From NCBI GenBank assembly GCA_951406725.2, contig OX597821.1, positions 106,206,001 through 106,270,000 of the forward strand: a stretch of DNA of 64,000 nucleotides, in the 5' to 3' direction. The notes below the pieces were generated by a model. It ran no database searches and was not told the DNA's origin. It saw only the letters and a program-made list of their open reading frames with translations. This DNA is from Octopus vulgaris. Taxonomy: Eukaryota. Below, piece after piece: positions 43,025 to 57,843 of the stretch (its first letter is position 1; every line of letters starts with the position of its first letter). The position numbers and the translations under genes are program-made.

Positions 43025-43786
43025 CATATATTTCTATAGCAACGTACGTACACTTTTGTTTACCTTGTAATTAAGTATATATCTAGATTTTATACGATTC
43101 TTTTACTCTGTGTTTTAGTCCTCCTCATACTTTCTTCCTTGTTTCCTCTTTGCTTTTTCTCGCTCCCCTTCTCTCATATTTCTTCGCCCTCCCTTTCATT
43201 AATTCCTACTTATCCTCCTCTTTTATCGCCCTTGTACCGTTCGCTTTGTCCCTTTTTTCTCTCTTTCTCGTTCTTCCCCTAATCCTTCAATCCTTCTGTT
43301 CTCTACCCCTCTCTTCTCCTTCTACATGTCCGGTGTTCTGCCAAGCATGATCTTTCTTTCTTGGCTTGACTGTCGACTGCCAACATCTCTTATGTCCATC
43401 TTCTATGTTCCTGGCTCAAGGCTTTCACTCTATACACGCTAGCTCAATCTGATTCATCTTTATTAGTCGAAAGACACCTGCTGTTGTTTTCTTGTTTGTA
43501 TTTGTAACTGTATAACATGTTCTCCGTTTTTTGTCTTTGTTGTCGTAAACATTCTGTTATCTCACAAAAGTCTAATGTTCTTAGCATAGATATTTTGGGA
43601 GCATCCAGATATGAACAGTCTCAAGTGTAACTCCCCGAAAATGTAAGGAAATCTAGAAAATTGACTGAGGAGAGAAGGCAACGAGTGACCCGACCCTTGT
43701 TTAATTTCCTCTCTCTTTATTTGTTGTATATCCTGTTCGCCTTTGTATCGTCTTTCTGTCATGATGTTTTATTGTTCTCTATTGCG

Positions 43787-43829
<43 letters not shown>

Positions 43830-43849
43830 TATGGTACTTAAGTTGAGGC

Positions 43850-44440
43850 ACCAGCGCACCAGTATTTAGTACGGTATTATACATACATTCACATGCCATT
43901 CACATCCAACCAATCTTGGTTCATTTTAGACGTGTAACGAGGAGCCCTATTTTCCATAAATAAAGAGGTTTCTTAAATCATTTCACGAATGGAGAAGATT
44001 AGAAGGAGTTCTTTCTGCAATATGAACACATATTTATCTGAGTTTCTGTTTCCTTCACACTCCACCAGCTCTGATCGACCATTGCTCTAAATTGTTCCCC
44101 AGGCCATCACAGAGCAGCTACCGTTTTTCATTGTTGGCTACAATCTTTTTACATCAAACTATTGATCACAAAGTCTCCAGAGCCACACTCGACCATTGTC
44201 AGGAAATACAGTAAATCTAGACTCATCTGATAATATTACAGTATCCCATAATGCTAGTGACCTCTCCACCATCTCACTGGCCCAATCTTTTCTCCGCTTG
44301 ATATTGTCTGGTCCAAGAAGTGGCTTCATTCTTGCTGCTCCATCACAGTAACCAATTTCGTGGAGATACCAGTGAGCTGTACTTGGACTGATATCAACTT
44401 ATTCTGCTATGTCAGAGGGTCCTGTCGAAGGGCCCTGCTT
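43850..44440 (-). mobile_element. Degenerate Tc1-family transposase fragment
   Basis: Minus-strand remnants AARMKPLL, WDTVILSDESRF, VMAWG and FMENRAP. Confidence 0.75.
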
Positions 44441-44755
44441 GATCTGGGTGAGGTGATGTGGACACGTTTCTCCTTCTGGTGAATTGTACAATCACTCTAT
44501 TAACAGTAGAAAGCGAGATCCCAAGCTTTCCTGCGATTTTACGCAATATATCTACCTTCACAATGACCCACAATACAGCCTCTTTAAATCTCAGACAGTT
44601 CCAAGGCTTCTTTCGTACATGAATTGATTAAAGAGTATCGTATAGAACCGGAAACATAAATATGTTAATTAATAAAAAACATAAACATTTATAAGTTAGA
44701 ATAAACATATGGGATGTCTGTTTACTTCTGTCATGTTTATGTATATATATATATA

Positions 44756-46291
44756 CTAGCAGAATTGCCCGGCGTTGCTCGGGGCTGAATTGCTTGAAAG
44801 TACTGTTAATGATTGCACTGAATTATGATGATTATTCAGGCAAATATTGATATAAGTTTACGGTGGGAGATAAGGACATAACGATCAAACGTGTGCCATT
44901 GCATTGTTTTGGGGGAACCAAATTTCTGATGAGCATTATAGGGGCACCAACTTTAAGTTTGAGAAAGTGTGGTGGTAGTCCGGGGTGCTCAAAGGAATTG
45001 AGTACCTCTATTGGATAGTTGATGACGTCCTCTGGGTCAGGAGTTGTATCGATAGACTGATATACATAGACTTCCCCAGGAATGAGTTTTAGCATTTCAT
45101 CATTAATATGGTGAACAGTTTTATTCCTCGGGGCCAGTATAGCCTTTTTGCCAATCCAATCCATATTCTGATAATTAGCTTGTAGATCTGGGAACACTGC
45201 ATCTCTGAAATCAGAAGGCGTCTTAACAATGGTACAAATGGAATCGATGGCAATATTACCATTTTCATCCCCTGGTATTTTGCCTTCGCCAAGTGCAAGG
45301 AGGGTGAGGAAATGCTGCTGATGTGATATTACGTCGCATATGAGCACGCATATTGGTGTGAAGTTTGAGAGTTACTTCCCTTTATTAAAAAAAATATGCA
45401 TTAAAATGGAAAAAATGATGGTAAATTATTTGTAAAATCGTAGACTCGTCGTAGATGCGCGCTAATACCCAGAAGGGATCGATATGAATCACGACTATAA
45501 GATACCCGGTTTTGGTTAAACTGCATCGCAAAATGTGGGAGTAGTTAGGAATCTAAATCGGAGTAGACAGACACACAACCTTTCTTTTATATTTAAATAT
45601 TTTCGTCCTAAAAACTTTGTATGGATTGAATGGTTACCTCTATGGAAATATAGACACGCACATTATACATACATGTGTGTATAGATGAATATATAAATAC
45701 ATTTAAATATCTATATACACTTTTGGGCGATCTTTCTGTTTCTTAGAGATAACTTTAGATCTTATTTTCGTCCTAAAAAACTTTGTATGGAGTGAATGGT
45801 TGCCTCTATGGAAATATATACACACACGTTATACATACATGTGTGCATAGATGAATATATAAATACATTTATATATCTATATACACTTTTGGGCGATCTT
45901 TGTGCTACTTAGAGATAACTTTAGATCTTATTTTCGTCCTAAAAAACTTTGTGCGGAGTGAATGGTTACGTCTATGGAAATATATACACACACATTATAC
46001 ATACATCTGTGTATAGATGAATATATAAATACATTTAGATATCTATATACACTTTTGGGCGATCTTTCTGCTACTTGTATATACTTTAGATCTTATATTC
46101 GTCCTAAAAAACTTTGTATGGAGTGAAAGGTTACCTCTATGGAAATATATACACACACATTATACATACATCTGTGTATAGATGAATATATAAATACATT
46201 TAAATATCTATATACACTTTTGGGCGATCTTTCTGCTACTTGGATATACTTTAGGTCTTATATTCGTCCTAAAAAACTTTCCTGTCACACA

Positions 46292-46330
<39 letters not shown>

Positions 46331-46646
46331 CCTCACACACACGCACACGCACATACACACACTCACACACACGCACACACACACACGTTAGCTTATCGTA
46401 GATATTTTTAGAGAGTTACTTCCCTTATATAATAGCGAAAAAATGCATTAAAATGGAAAAATATGATGGTAATTTTTTTTTAAATCGTAGACTCATCGTA
46501 GACGCACGCTAATACCCAGAAGGGCTCGATATGAATCACGACTATAAGATACCCGGTTTTGATTACACTGCACCGCAAAATGTGGGAGTAGTTAGGAATC
46601 TAAATCGTAGGAGACAGAGACACAACTTCACTTTTATATATAAAGA
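44756..46646 (-). mobile_element. Non-autonomous Helitron with a PIF1-helicase fragment and an internal satellite
   Basis: 5' TC (tctttatatataaaa) at 46646 and 3' CTAG at 44756, preceded by the hairpin cccgagcaacgccggg. ORF 44832-45347 has AILAPRN..V..IN, GLPPH.LKLKVGAPIMLIRNL and CNGTRLIV. The subterminal block is duplicated at 45365-45590 and 46408-46646. Confidence 0.85.
45600..46280. repeat. Tandem repeat of about 165 bp, 4 full units plus a partial
   Basis: The anchor cgtcctaaaa recurs at 45604, 45769, 45935, 46100 and 46265. Confidence 0.92.
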
Positions 46647-47437
46647 TATAAGCCACGTAGTTATATACACATACTTTGTTATATACACATTCTTAAAAGA
46701 AAATGTTATTTTGAACACAACATTTATAAAGAATAAAATATTTTTTGGTTTTTCTTTTAAACGGATGCATACATTTATTAATAACTATATATAAGTGTCG
46801 TCTGTTTATACATAAACATTGTTTCATACTGCAAGCTCGGCTCGCCAATTAATACTACCAAAATTTAACGACAGAAAGTAAAATAAAAACCAATTTACCT
46901 TTTCTGTATTGTTATAGCAATTCGACCGTCCGTGTGTCTTTGCAAATGTGTTGGAATGAGAAGTGAGTTGTGTTTTGGCGCCTTTTTACTAATAACAAAC
47001 ACACACGTGTTCGTACGTAGTTGTTTGAAACGTTTGTGTTTGTCACTGTCATATATGTATGTGTATGCGTGTGTGTGAGGAGTGACACACACACACTCAC
47101 GCACGCACACATGTACATCAATGCTTTCGGAGTGAAATGTTAAAATATTGAGTTTTCTCGAATTTTGTCTTAATTGGGGGTAAAATTGAAAGAAATTTTG
47201 TATGGCATCACCCAATGGAAGTACTTTGAAAAATCATGGGTAAACTCTAATTGAAGAAATTGTGTGAGGAGTAAATCGTTATGTATTTATTTTCTGTTTG
47301 CTGTGTTTTTTTTTTAGTAGTGGTTTAAGGTACACTTCTCTCGTTTTATCGAAGTAGTTTCACTTTAATCGTTGCAAACTTGCAAAGAGAAAGTCGTAGA
47401 AATTAGTGATAGCGTGAGTGAACCAGATCGCTCCCTT

Positions 47438-47468
<31 letters not shown>

Positions 47469-47759
47469 GCTATAGCCCACACTAAGAAAAGCACTTGACT
47501 CACACACCACAATGTGAGTTTTCTCTAAATTTTGCTTAATTGGGGTTGAAATTTTAAAAACTGGACCTGGCACGACCCGATGCATTCTACTCTTAAAAAT
47601 GCTAGGTAAATTGTAATTGAAGAAATCCTATATTGTAGATTTCTATAAGAGACAAAGGGAGGCAGATAAAATCTGCCTTTTATGATAAGAGATATATATA
47701 TATACACATATATATATATATTTATATATATATATATATACACAATTATGTGTGTATGT

Positions 47760-48075
47760 ATGTGACCATCGTGATAACCATGACCGATCAGGCTACCAGA
47801 TGTTGCTACGCATCGCTGGTCACAAAGCTTGTTTTAGCCTTCAAATGACGCCACCCCGCTGGCTAAGAGGGCAGGCCAACAGAATAAAGGGTGAGAGAAA
47901 GTTGTGGCAGCAGAGTAGAACAGGGATCGCCACCAATCCCTGCTGGAGATCGTGGAGCTTTAGGTTTTTTCTGTTTCCGCTCAATAAACACTCACAACGT
48001 CCGGTCTGGGAATCGAAACCGCGATCCTACAACCGCGAGTCCACTGCCCTAACTGCTGGGCCATCGTACCTCCAC
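47760..48075 (-). mobile_element. tRNA-derived SINE (family B head, alternative tail); partial relatives at 19010-19275 and 39820-40055
   Basis: Shares cccggtctgggaatcgaaaccgcgatcctac with 18259-18643. Confidence 0.8.
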
Positions 48076-48078
48076 GTG

Positions 48079-48156
<78 letters not shown>

Positions 48157-48929
48157 TCTATGTATCTATGTATGTATATGCAAATGTGTATGTACCCGTC
48201 TTCATCTTAATATATGTTTAGATCTATGTATCTAGACAACCATGCAACAATTTATTCTTTAATTATTTAATTTTTTTATATTTTATTCCTGAATATTCCA
48301 ATTTCAGCACTGCCATACGTTTATCATTGATTTAACATCGGGGACGGTCTGCAACTGACGTCTCTACAATACGGAATAGATATAGCTCAATAAAGCTATT
48401 AAGTGTCCCCGCCTTACAAAATAAATAAAAAAAAAATACTTTTCACCTCTAATCTGGATGATGTCCATTAATATTTTACGACGGGGATCTCATATATTTG
48501 ATTCATTTGAAACTGGTGATCATAAAACTTATATTCTAATCGCATGACGGAGACAAGCAAACAATATATTTTTCATATATGGATGTCTATAACCATATCC
48601 GAAGATTATATTGGATTACACCAATAAAGCAGCAATTTTTTTTAAATGAAAGCCATGCAAATAGCAGCTCAATAATGTATATTTGAGAAGCAATTAAAAG
48701 AAGTAAGTATTAGTAAATAAATAAATAGATAATTATATGTATACATAAAATTAATAGAAAATATCGACATCTGGATTATGTGCTAAGCATATAGGTAAAT
48801 GTATAACAATAGAATTTACTCGGACAGAACCAATTTTAAAATAATATGATGGAAAAAGAATTAGGGTAGTCAATATTTTTACATGAATGGTGTAGACTAA
48901 TATCGATCTCATATTCGATATACATATAT

Positions 48930-48963
<34 letters not shown>

Positions 48964-49076
48964 ATTTTGTACATATATACTTCTACACAGAGACACGGAC
49001 TTTGCAGGAGCATTTTCCATTTTCAAATAACAGGTAGCATATGAAAGTACAACATTTTTAGTTACCCATTATCAAT

Positions 49077-50102
49077 ATGTCGGAAATAGTTACAATTAAA
49101 TCTTTAATGGAGAAGAGCCCAAATCCAATGCATGAACCGATTAATACTACATGGAAGAAATTGGGTGATACTCGTTTATCGAAATACATGGAGAGAATTC
49201 GCAAGTGTATGGCTCTTCTAGATATGAAAATGAATACAAGAATTTGGAGCTCTTCCAATATGAAGAAACGCTTATTTTACTTTTTCCGCTTATTCGTAAT
49301 CGTATTGTTTACCTTGGATACTATTCGTATTGTCACTTTTTTACCTGTGGTTCATAACACTCATCCCGTATCCGCTGTAATATTTTATTATTTAATAATC
49401 GGAGAAACACTTGTTTCGTTTTTAATTATAATTGATAGAATATGGAAAGTGGATATATGTACTAGTATCATAAAAAATCTTAATGACTTTAAATTTTTAG
49501 AATGCAATCTCAAATCCATAGACAAGATTTATAAACAATGCACATGCAAACAGTATATATGTATGATTTTATTTGTATGCTTTAGCATTCTAATGACAAT
49601 ATTTCTACCTGTGAAAAATAAGAATAATATTTTACGTTCAATATATCTATATCCTTTATCACCTGACACTAAATATGCCATTCTAATACTTTTACTGAGG
49701 TTTTGGATTCATATGATTCACGTTTTTCCTTTTTATATTCACATATCTGCTATAAATGTGATGCAAAGAATTATTTTGAGAGAAGGGAACAAATTAATAA
49801 AGCATTTTGAAGAGTATGGACCTAGGGACAATATGATGCCTAAAAAGCAGAGTGTACCTTTAGTACATCTCTTTGACCATTTTCAAGAACTGTGTTCATT
49901 GCTCAAATTAACAAATATATTTACGCAAACACAAACTTTATTTAATATAGTATTTAGTGAAATATGTATTTGTTCACTTATTTACGGAGCAATAATTCGT
50001 GTAACCGACATGCCTGAATATGAATATATAATGATTCTGTCAGTATTTAATGGTTTAAATTTAGTGCACATTTTCCAAAGAGGAATCAAAGTGCATCTTT
50101 TG
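49077..50102 (+). CDS. GR-like gene, alternative large N-terminal exon C (342 codons)
   Basis: Intact paralog. The start MSEIVTIKSLM resembles exon A (MSDIFTIRSLM). It ends TTG|GTATGT (phase 0, donor at 50103). Confidence 0.9.
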
Positions 50103-50544
50103 GTATGTATTAAAACATAATTTCATATATTTTACTCTCACTGAGCTTCAAATGTTTTCGTACTTTTTCTCTTTTTACTCACCCTCTCTCTGCAAAAATA
50201 ATATGTATCAAGAATTCTTAATTTTTATATAATTTTTTTTATCTATTTTGCCCGCTTATGTTCTAGTGTTCGCTGAATTTTCTCTGGAGAACATTTTTCT
50301 TTTTGTAGTTAGATCGTATGTGATCTTCTTTTAGTATATTGGTTATCCACCTAGTGGTTTATCCCTAAATATACACATGTATTGAAATTTTTTCTGATCT
50401 TTCAGATTTTTTATATATGCTAGGCTACTGGTATTAAATTGATATTAATTAAATTAATATTCAAATGTATCTCTGTCATTATTAAAATTATATATATAGC
50501 GCTAATACACACACACACACACACACTCACACACACTATATATA

Positions 50545-50559
<15 letters not shown>

Positions 50560-50575
<16 letters not shown>

Positions 50576-50888
50576 ATATTAGGGAATAAATCCAAATTTA
50601 CAGGGAAAAAAATCAGATTTAGGATTAAATCCAACTTTATAGTAAAATATTATATAATATTAATTAGAGACAAAACCACTATTTTGCAAAACAAACAAGG
50701 AAAGACTTAAATTGAAACTGATTTGAAAATCGGAAATCCACCTGAAGATTGTCATTCAAGACATGAAACAATTGTAGTGGCGGTTTTTTTTACTTTTTTT
50801 TACTTTTTATTAAAATTTTATGTATTGATTAAGTCTTTCCTTGTTTGTTTTGCAAAATAGTGGTTTTGTCTCTAATTAATATTATATA
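50560..50888. repeat. Hairpin element, arms 50651-50710 and 50829-50888
   Basis: 60-bp complementary arms enclosing a hammerhead-like motif. Same family as 61808-62078 but in the opposite orientation. Confidence 0.85.
50738..50780 (+). ncRNA. Minimal type I hammerhead-like motif inside a 60-bp-arm hairpin
   Basis: ccac CTGAAGA t tgtc attcaa gaca t GAAA caattg TA gtgg. Stem III is palindromic, but the base of stem II is a U-U mismatch. Confidence 0.55.
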
Positions 50889-51744
50889 TATATATATATA
50901 CTCTTTACTCTGTTACTCTTTTACTTGTTTCAGTCATTTGACTGTGGCCATGCTGTAGTGCCGCCTTTAGTCTGCCAAATCGACAGCAGGACTTATTCTT
51001 TGTAAACCTTGTACATATTTTATCGGTCTCTTTTGCCGAACCGCTAAGTTACGGAGACGTAAACACAGCAACACCGGTTGTCAAGCGCGGTTGGGGGCAC
51101 AAACAAAGACACACAAAGATATACACACACTCATACACACACACACACACACACACACAGAGACACACATATATATATATATATAGATATATATATAATA
51201 TATATAATATATATATATAATACAATTTTACTAAACCTTCAGTTTTTTTATGCTAGACCACTGGTGTGAAATCAATGTTAATTAAATCAATATCTAATTT
51301 CTCACCCACATTTTAAATTTAAAATTAAAGCAATAAGTTCTCTAACCGGCAAAGGCCGCTGTAGTAAAGTATTATCAGCAGCAACAGTTTTTCCGGTAAT
51401 TTAACGCGTCAAAACGAGTACATTTGAAATTGTAGTCACGAGAGTAAAGGATAGGTCTTTTTTGCAAGTCTGACTTTGTGTTGATGTCCTAGTATGCAGT
51501 CCTACAAATTATGTTCAGCTTGGACGGTCGTACCGATGATCTACGAACAATTACGTTAGTAAGATTATGTAATTTGTTGATAGTGAAACATGTACACGAA
51601 TAATCCATATTTTTATTACATTTTCTTTTGTCTAACTCGATTACGTTTTGGTTGTTTTGGTAAATTTTTCTTGAGAACATTTCTTAGTGGTGAGAGCGTA
51701 GCGGATCTATTTGTAGCATATGGGTGTCCACCTAGTGGTTTCCC

Positions 51745-51812
<68 letters not shown>

Positions 51813-51912
51813 TGCAATTTTACTGAAACTTCAGTTTTTTTACGCTAGACCACTGGTGTGAAATCGATGTTAATTAAATTAATATCTAATTTATCACCCT
51901 CATTTTAAATTT

Positions 51913-51958
<46 letters not shown>

Positions 51959-52624
51959 ATGTGTGTATGTATATATGTATGTATATATATATATGTATAT
52001 ATGTGTGTGTGTGTGTTTGTGTGCATGTATATATTTATACATATATATGAACGCACATCACAAATTTCACCTTAAACTGCGTGACAGAAACCTAGCAGTG
52101 AGACCACCATGTGTAATTCTGCTCGTGTGCTGTTATTGTGTCCGTTACTTTTTTTATATATTTCTCAGTCTTACATAGAATATATGAAGAAAACAATTTT
52201 AAAAAATCACAAATGAGATTGTCTATGAAATATCTCTTGTTGCGGTTCAATGACTTAAGATAGTTACTAGTGAGATAATGCAAGCTAGATAATCAATTCT
52301 TATTGTTAATTAGTCGGGGAGATGTAAATATACATAAAACCCTAGAATCTGAATATGACTATTCACCACCTTAAAAGTGACTCGATACTGTCATAATTAA
52401 AAATTATTTTATTAATTATTATATATTACTGAAACGTACATATCTTATAAACAATACCTCGTATTTGGTTGTGCTGTTGGGCTGAGAATCAAAGGTCTAA
52501 GTTTTCTCATTACGTCTGCTCGCTAGTAAATACTCATTTGAATTAATTGGCTAAATTTTAGGGCATGCCTCCGAGTCATACTAAAAAGTGCATCTATATA
52601 TACTTACATCGATAGAAAATAATT

Positions 52625-52785
52625 GCAGGAGTGGCGGTGTGGTAAGTATCTTGCTTACGAACCACATGGTTCCGGGTTCAGTCCCACTGCGTGACACCTT
52701 GAGCAAGTGTCGTCTACTATGACCTCGGACCGACCAAAGCCTTGTGAGTGGATTTGGTAGACAGAAACTGAAAGAAGCCTGTCGT

Positions 52786-52860
<75 letters not shown>

Positions 52861-53010
52861 ATATGTATGTGTGTGTACTTTGCGGTTCGGCAAAACAGAA
52901 CCGATAGTATAAGTACTAGGTTTAGAACGAATAAGTCCTGGGGTCGAGGTCTTTGACTAAAGGCAATGCTCCAGCAAGGCCGTAGTCAAGTAAAAGAGTA
53001 AAAGAGTAAA
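52625..53010 (+). mobile_element. SINE family A
   Basis: Same head, core and tail (gtaaaagagtaaaagag). Confidence 0.85.
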
Positions 53011-53603
53011 AGAGAGAGTTGACAAAAATATTTTATTGTAATTGTTCGAAGCTTTTCACCGCACTATATCAAGAAAACTAATGCCCAATGTATCAGGAAA
53101 GTGGATATCGTGTGGAAGCCCGTCTTATACGTGGGTGTATGTGTGCATATCTCAATATTTGTCCCTCCGCCGCTTAACAACTGATTTTGATTTAGATATG
53201 TTTTCAGCGCTCTGATAAAAGAGATGGTTAAATAAATATCAAAATTAAAGAATACAATCCTTATAGCCTATTAGACGGACTAATCTCTAAGAGACAAGTT
53301 GAATAATATTAGTCCAAACATTTTATGGTCCATAGCTATGTTGCGGTATCTACTAATTCACTGAAATAATTAACCAACTCGAAAATTAGAGTTACGTAAC
53401 TAAATGGCCATTAACATGCTGTGCGCCACTATCATAATATTTTCGACTAACAGACTTCTTGAATTTATACAATCTTCAACAAACATTTAAGAGCAATCTG
53501 CAACTGGATGCATTACCAAAAGCCTTTATCTCATTAAATACATCTTGTAAGTTGAAGTCGATGAATTAATGCATATCTTCTCAGCCTTGAATTTGTTTTA
53601 CAG

Positions 53604-53672
53604 ATTTCTAAAATACGCGACAGAATTTATAACATAAACGTCCCTGAATATAGCATTGAAATTGCATCAAAG
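53604..53672 (+). CDS. GR-like gene, shared constant exon 2 (ISKIRDRIYNINVPEYSIEIASK)
   Basis: tttgttttacag| acceptor and AAG|gtaagc donor. 69 nt, phase 0/0, open. It fits the loop after TM6. Confidence 0.85.
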
Positions 53673-53742
53673 GTAAGCAATCTTTCTAAATTCCTTCGAC
53701 AATGTTTCTAAATTCCATTTACCACGCACTTTTGCTATATAA

Positions 53743-53834
<92 letters not shown>

Positions 53835-53949
53835 AGTCTCCCTCTATCTCCATCACTCTCTCTCCATCCCTCTCTCTCCCACTCTCCTCTCTCTCTCTCT
53901 CTATTTTATATATATATATATATATATAAAATTGTTAAATAGCTTATAT

Positions 53950-54431
53950 AATATTATATTTCCTTCAAACGCTTCAAAAAGTCACAGCAGAGATTCCGAT
54001 CGAAAGTCTGGCTTTGGAGGACGAATTCTCGATGAACAAAGCCACATTTCCGAGGCTGACGATCTTGGCATGTATTCCAGATCGCTCATCGTCTTCCAGA
54101 ACCGTTCAATTCTTGAAGCGCCCGTGCCACTAGAAACATTGCATATGACCCATTGCGTCCTTGCCGGAAGCTTGCCAAAACATGCTCAATGTCTCCGTAG
54201 GTGACGTCCTTATTTTAACGCAAAATTTCACATCGGCTCACTGTTCCTGTCCCTGACAAAATCATAGACTAAGGCATACACACGAACAAGAAAACACAAA
54301 TTTCACAACTTGCGAAGTAAACTTAGCGGTGCCACTCGGCGCACTTCCACACGAAGGTCACTGCTAGCTATCAATGTGCACGCAACAGTGTGCTGCCTTC
54401 TATTGGCGCGCTATAGAAATAGTCCGGGACC

Positions 54432-54437
<6 letters not shown>
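53950..54437 (-). mobile_element. Mariner-type transposon 5' end remnant
   Basis: Minus strand EQ*ADVKFCVKI..SPTETLSM.....G.DAMG....F*WHGRFK resembles the mariner HTH. A TIR-like end lies at 54370-54437. Confidence 0.65.
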
Positions 54438-54520
<83 letters not shown>

Positions 54521-54539
54521 CACACACATATATATATAC

Positions 54540-54590
<51 letters not shown>

Positions 54591-54790
54591 TAGGGAGTAT
54601 AAATCCAAACTTACAGGGTAAAATTTAATTTAGTATTAAATCAAATTATATACTAATTATATACTGTTTATTTATTATGATGTACTTTATCGTGATCTAG
54701 ATAAATGTTTTATCATGTGTTTTATTTTTTCTATATGCTGTGATTTACGTCTATCATTGTTTGGATTACATAATAGTGTTTTTTTCTCTA

Positions 54791-54834
<44 letters not shown>

Positions 54835-54840
<6 letters not shown>

Positions 54841-55530
54841 AAGCAACAAGAATGGATAGGTTTTTAGTACAATCGTTTCATACAAGGACAGGTTTGTGTT
54901 CAACCATTGATAAATTTATCGCCTGTGAATATGAAATTCCTTGGAAATTTACACCTACACCATTGGAAATTGTGCATCTATACAAAGGATTAATTCACCC
55001 TCTCTGTAATGCTAATAAGCAGGAATTGAAACCCACCTCGTTGTAATTAACAATGGATAAATTTGTCTTCTGTGAGTATGTAATCCCTCATCATATCTCT
55101 GGAAATTCATATGTGCACTATGGATTAGGTCACCTTCTCTGTGATGCTATTAGGACTTTTTTAAAATTCTGTGATAAGACTGTACATCATCTTTAAAGAA
55201 CTTTAATGAACTTTTGAAATCTGTTTATGTTACTTAATTATCTACATTACTTCATGAGTATAGCCTCAACCACTAGGATGTCTAGAGAACTCACATGTAT
55301 TTTAGCTGATGAGTACGGGACACGTTTATATGCTGTAATTTTTGCAACTTTTAATAAAACCTGTCCTTGTATGAAACGATTGTACTAAAAACCTATCCAT
55401 TCTTGTTGCTTCATTCTCGCTTATAATCACCCCGCATTACTGTATTGTTAAATTAGTATAGTTTTTTTTGGTGCATCTAAGTTAGGTACCATATTCAAGT
55501 AAATTCATTTAAATTAACTTGAATCTTTAT
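54835..55530 (+). mobile_element. Penelope-like pLTR-derived element with an inverted 5' segment
   Basis: 54835-54897 is the reverse complement of about 55357-55417. It contains a hammerhead motif and is flanked by (TA)n. Confidence 0.65.
55300..55390 (+). ncRNA. Type I hammerhead ribozyme motif in GR-like intron 2 (sense strand)
   Basis: ttttag CTGATGA gtacgggaca...tgtccttgtat GAAA cgattg TA ctaaaa. Confidence 0.7.
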
Positions 55531-55533
55531 TGC

Positions 55534-55998
<465 letters not shown>

Positions 55999-56282
55999 TA
56001 CATAGTGCTTAAGAAATATTATTCTAATATATTATACACTGGGAGTTTTGTAAAAATATTCCTCACGTCTTCGAATTGTTATCCATAACTTTTCAGTGAT
56101 TTTCACTCGAAAATTCACTTCTAGTCGACATACTCGCTTTTGGAGTATCTACTCTCATTAAAATGTTGAATTTCAAGAAAAAGGAATCTCCGTCTCTTAA
56201 ACTAGTGCCATCCTATTCTTCCGTTTGCTAAAGTATATTCATATGCATTCTTCAAACTCACGAAAAGAATTTTTTCTTACAG

Positions 56283-56372
56283 ATCAATTTGGTCCTTAAT
56301 CGAATAAACTCTGGCACTACTGGGATAAGTATTGGTGGTATTGCTGTAATCAGTCCTATGTTATTTGTCGAG
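56283..56372 (+). CDS. GR-like gene, shared constant exon 3 (INLVLNRINSGTTGISIGGIAVISPMLFVE)
   Basis: tttttcttacag| acceptor and GAG|gtaggt donor. 90 nt, phase 0/0. GISIGGIAVI matches the GR pre-TM7 (h-S/T-x-x-G-h-h-x-h) motif. Confidence 0.9.
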
Positions 56373-56489
56373 GTAGGTGTAAGCTTAAATTTATATCCAA
56401 ACATCTTAAACCAACGGTTAAGATATAAAACACAAACACATACGTAAATATATACAAGTGCTTAGATACATACATGCATGCATTTTCTT

Positions 56490-56759
56490 TTATTCTCTTA
56501 CTTATGTCAGTCATCTGACTGCAGCCATGCTGGAGCACCGCCTTTAGTCGAACAAATCGATCCCAGGATTTATTCTTTCTAAGCCAAGTACTTATTCTAT
56601 CGGTCTTTTTTGCCGAACTGCTAGTTGATGATGACGAATATACACACCAACATCGGTTATCAGGCGATGGTGGTGGGGTGAAACACAGACACAAATAGCA
56701 AATACATACACACACACACATATATATCTATGTCTATATCTATATCTATCTATCTATAT

Positions 56760-56818
<59 letters not shown>

Positions 56819-56881
56819 CTCTCTCTCTATATATATATATATATGTATATATAAATATATATACATACGTATATATAAATA

Positions 56882-56917
<36 letters not shown>

Positions 56918-56919
56918 TG

Positions 56920-56950
<31 letters not shown>

Positions 56951-57030
56951 GTAAGTAAGTATGGATGTACGTATAAGACGGGCTTCTTTCAGTTTCCGTC
57001 TACCAAATCCACTCACAAGACTTTGGCCGA
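56490..57030 (-). mobile_element. SINE family A (5'-truncated, expanded internal microsatellite)
   Basis: gcagccatgctggagcaccgcctttagtcg tail and cagtttccgtctaccaaatccactcacaag core. Confidence 0.8.
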
Positions 57031-57677
57031 GAATTATAAATTTCAAATTCATAATTCTCGAAATATATGCCGATGAAGGAAGTAAATACTTCTAACTCTA
57101 ATCAGGAAACGCGTACATAATTAATCGTAGACTGTTTGATTTAATTATTTTTTCTTCTTTTTGCCTATGTGAGTTACAAATATTGTTGTCTGTGGAGTTG
57201 TATTTGTAGTTAAAAGAATTAGATGTATTTGGCTGCTTTTTCTATAATATAAAAAAATACTTTTTGAAAACGTTTTTAACGATAATGTCTTTTTTTTCCA
57301 AAAACTGAGGCTACTTGGTAAAATTTATTGATTATCACATTAATAATTCTTTACCCTATATATATGATGAGTATATATATATATACACAAGAAGGAATCG
57401 CCCATGTCAAATTTATATGTATAGATATAGATAGATAAATAGATAAATATATATATATATACATGTGTGTATATGTTCATATATGTGTTTGTGTGTGGTG
57501 GGGTATATTTACATTGCTTGAAGACGTATCACTCATTAGACAATACTTTCGATTTCAGAATCAGGCAGCTTTTTGTGTTTTTGTGCGATACCCTTATTGC
57601 CAGGATCTTTTTAACACCACCATATGTGTGTGCGTTTGTGTGTGTGTGTCTGTGTGTGGTGTGTATAGATAGATAAC

Positions 57678-57761
<84 letters not shown>

Positions 57762-57843
57762 CAGACACACACGTGCCTGTGTGTGGTAGTGAGGTGTTCA
57801 CTTGCAACGAGAAAATTCTGATAAACATTTTACTTTATTCTAG

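Noticed and set aside
44832-45347. Host PIF1 helicase gene
   Set aside because: It is a partial domain lying between Helitron termini, so it is a transposon fragment.
45600-46280. CRISPR-like periodic array
   Set aside because: Whole units are repeated with no unique spacers, the context is eukaryotic and there are no cas genes.
46850-47692. Additional Helitron-like element (TC start on the minus strand near 47692, internal repeats)
   Set aside because: I could not identify a 3' hairpin or CTRR end.
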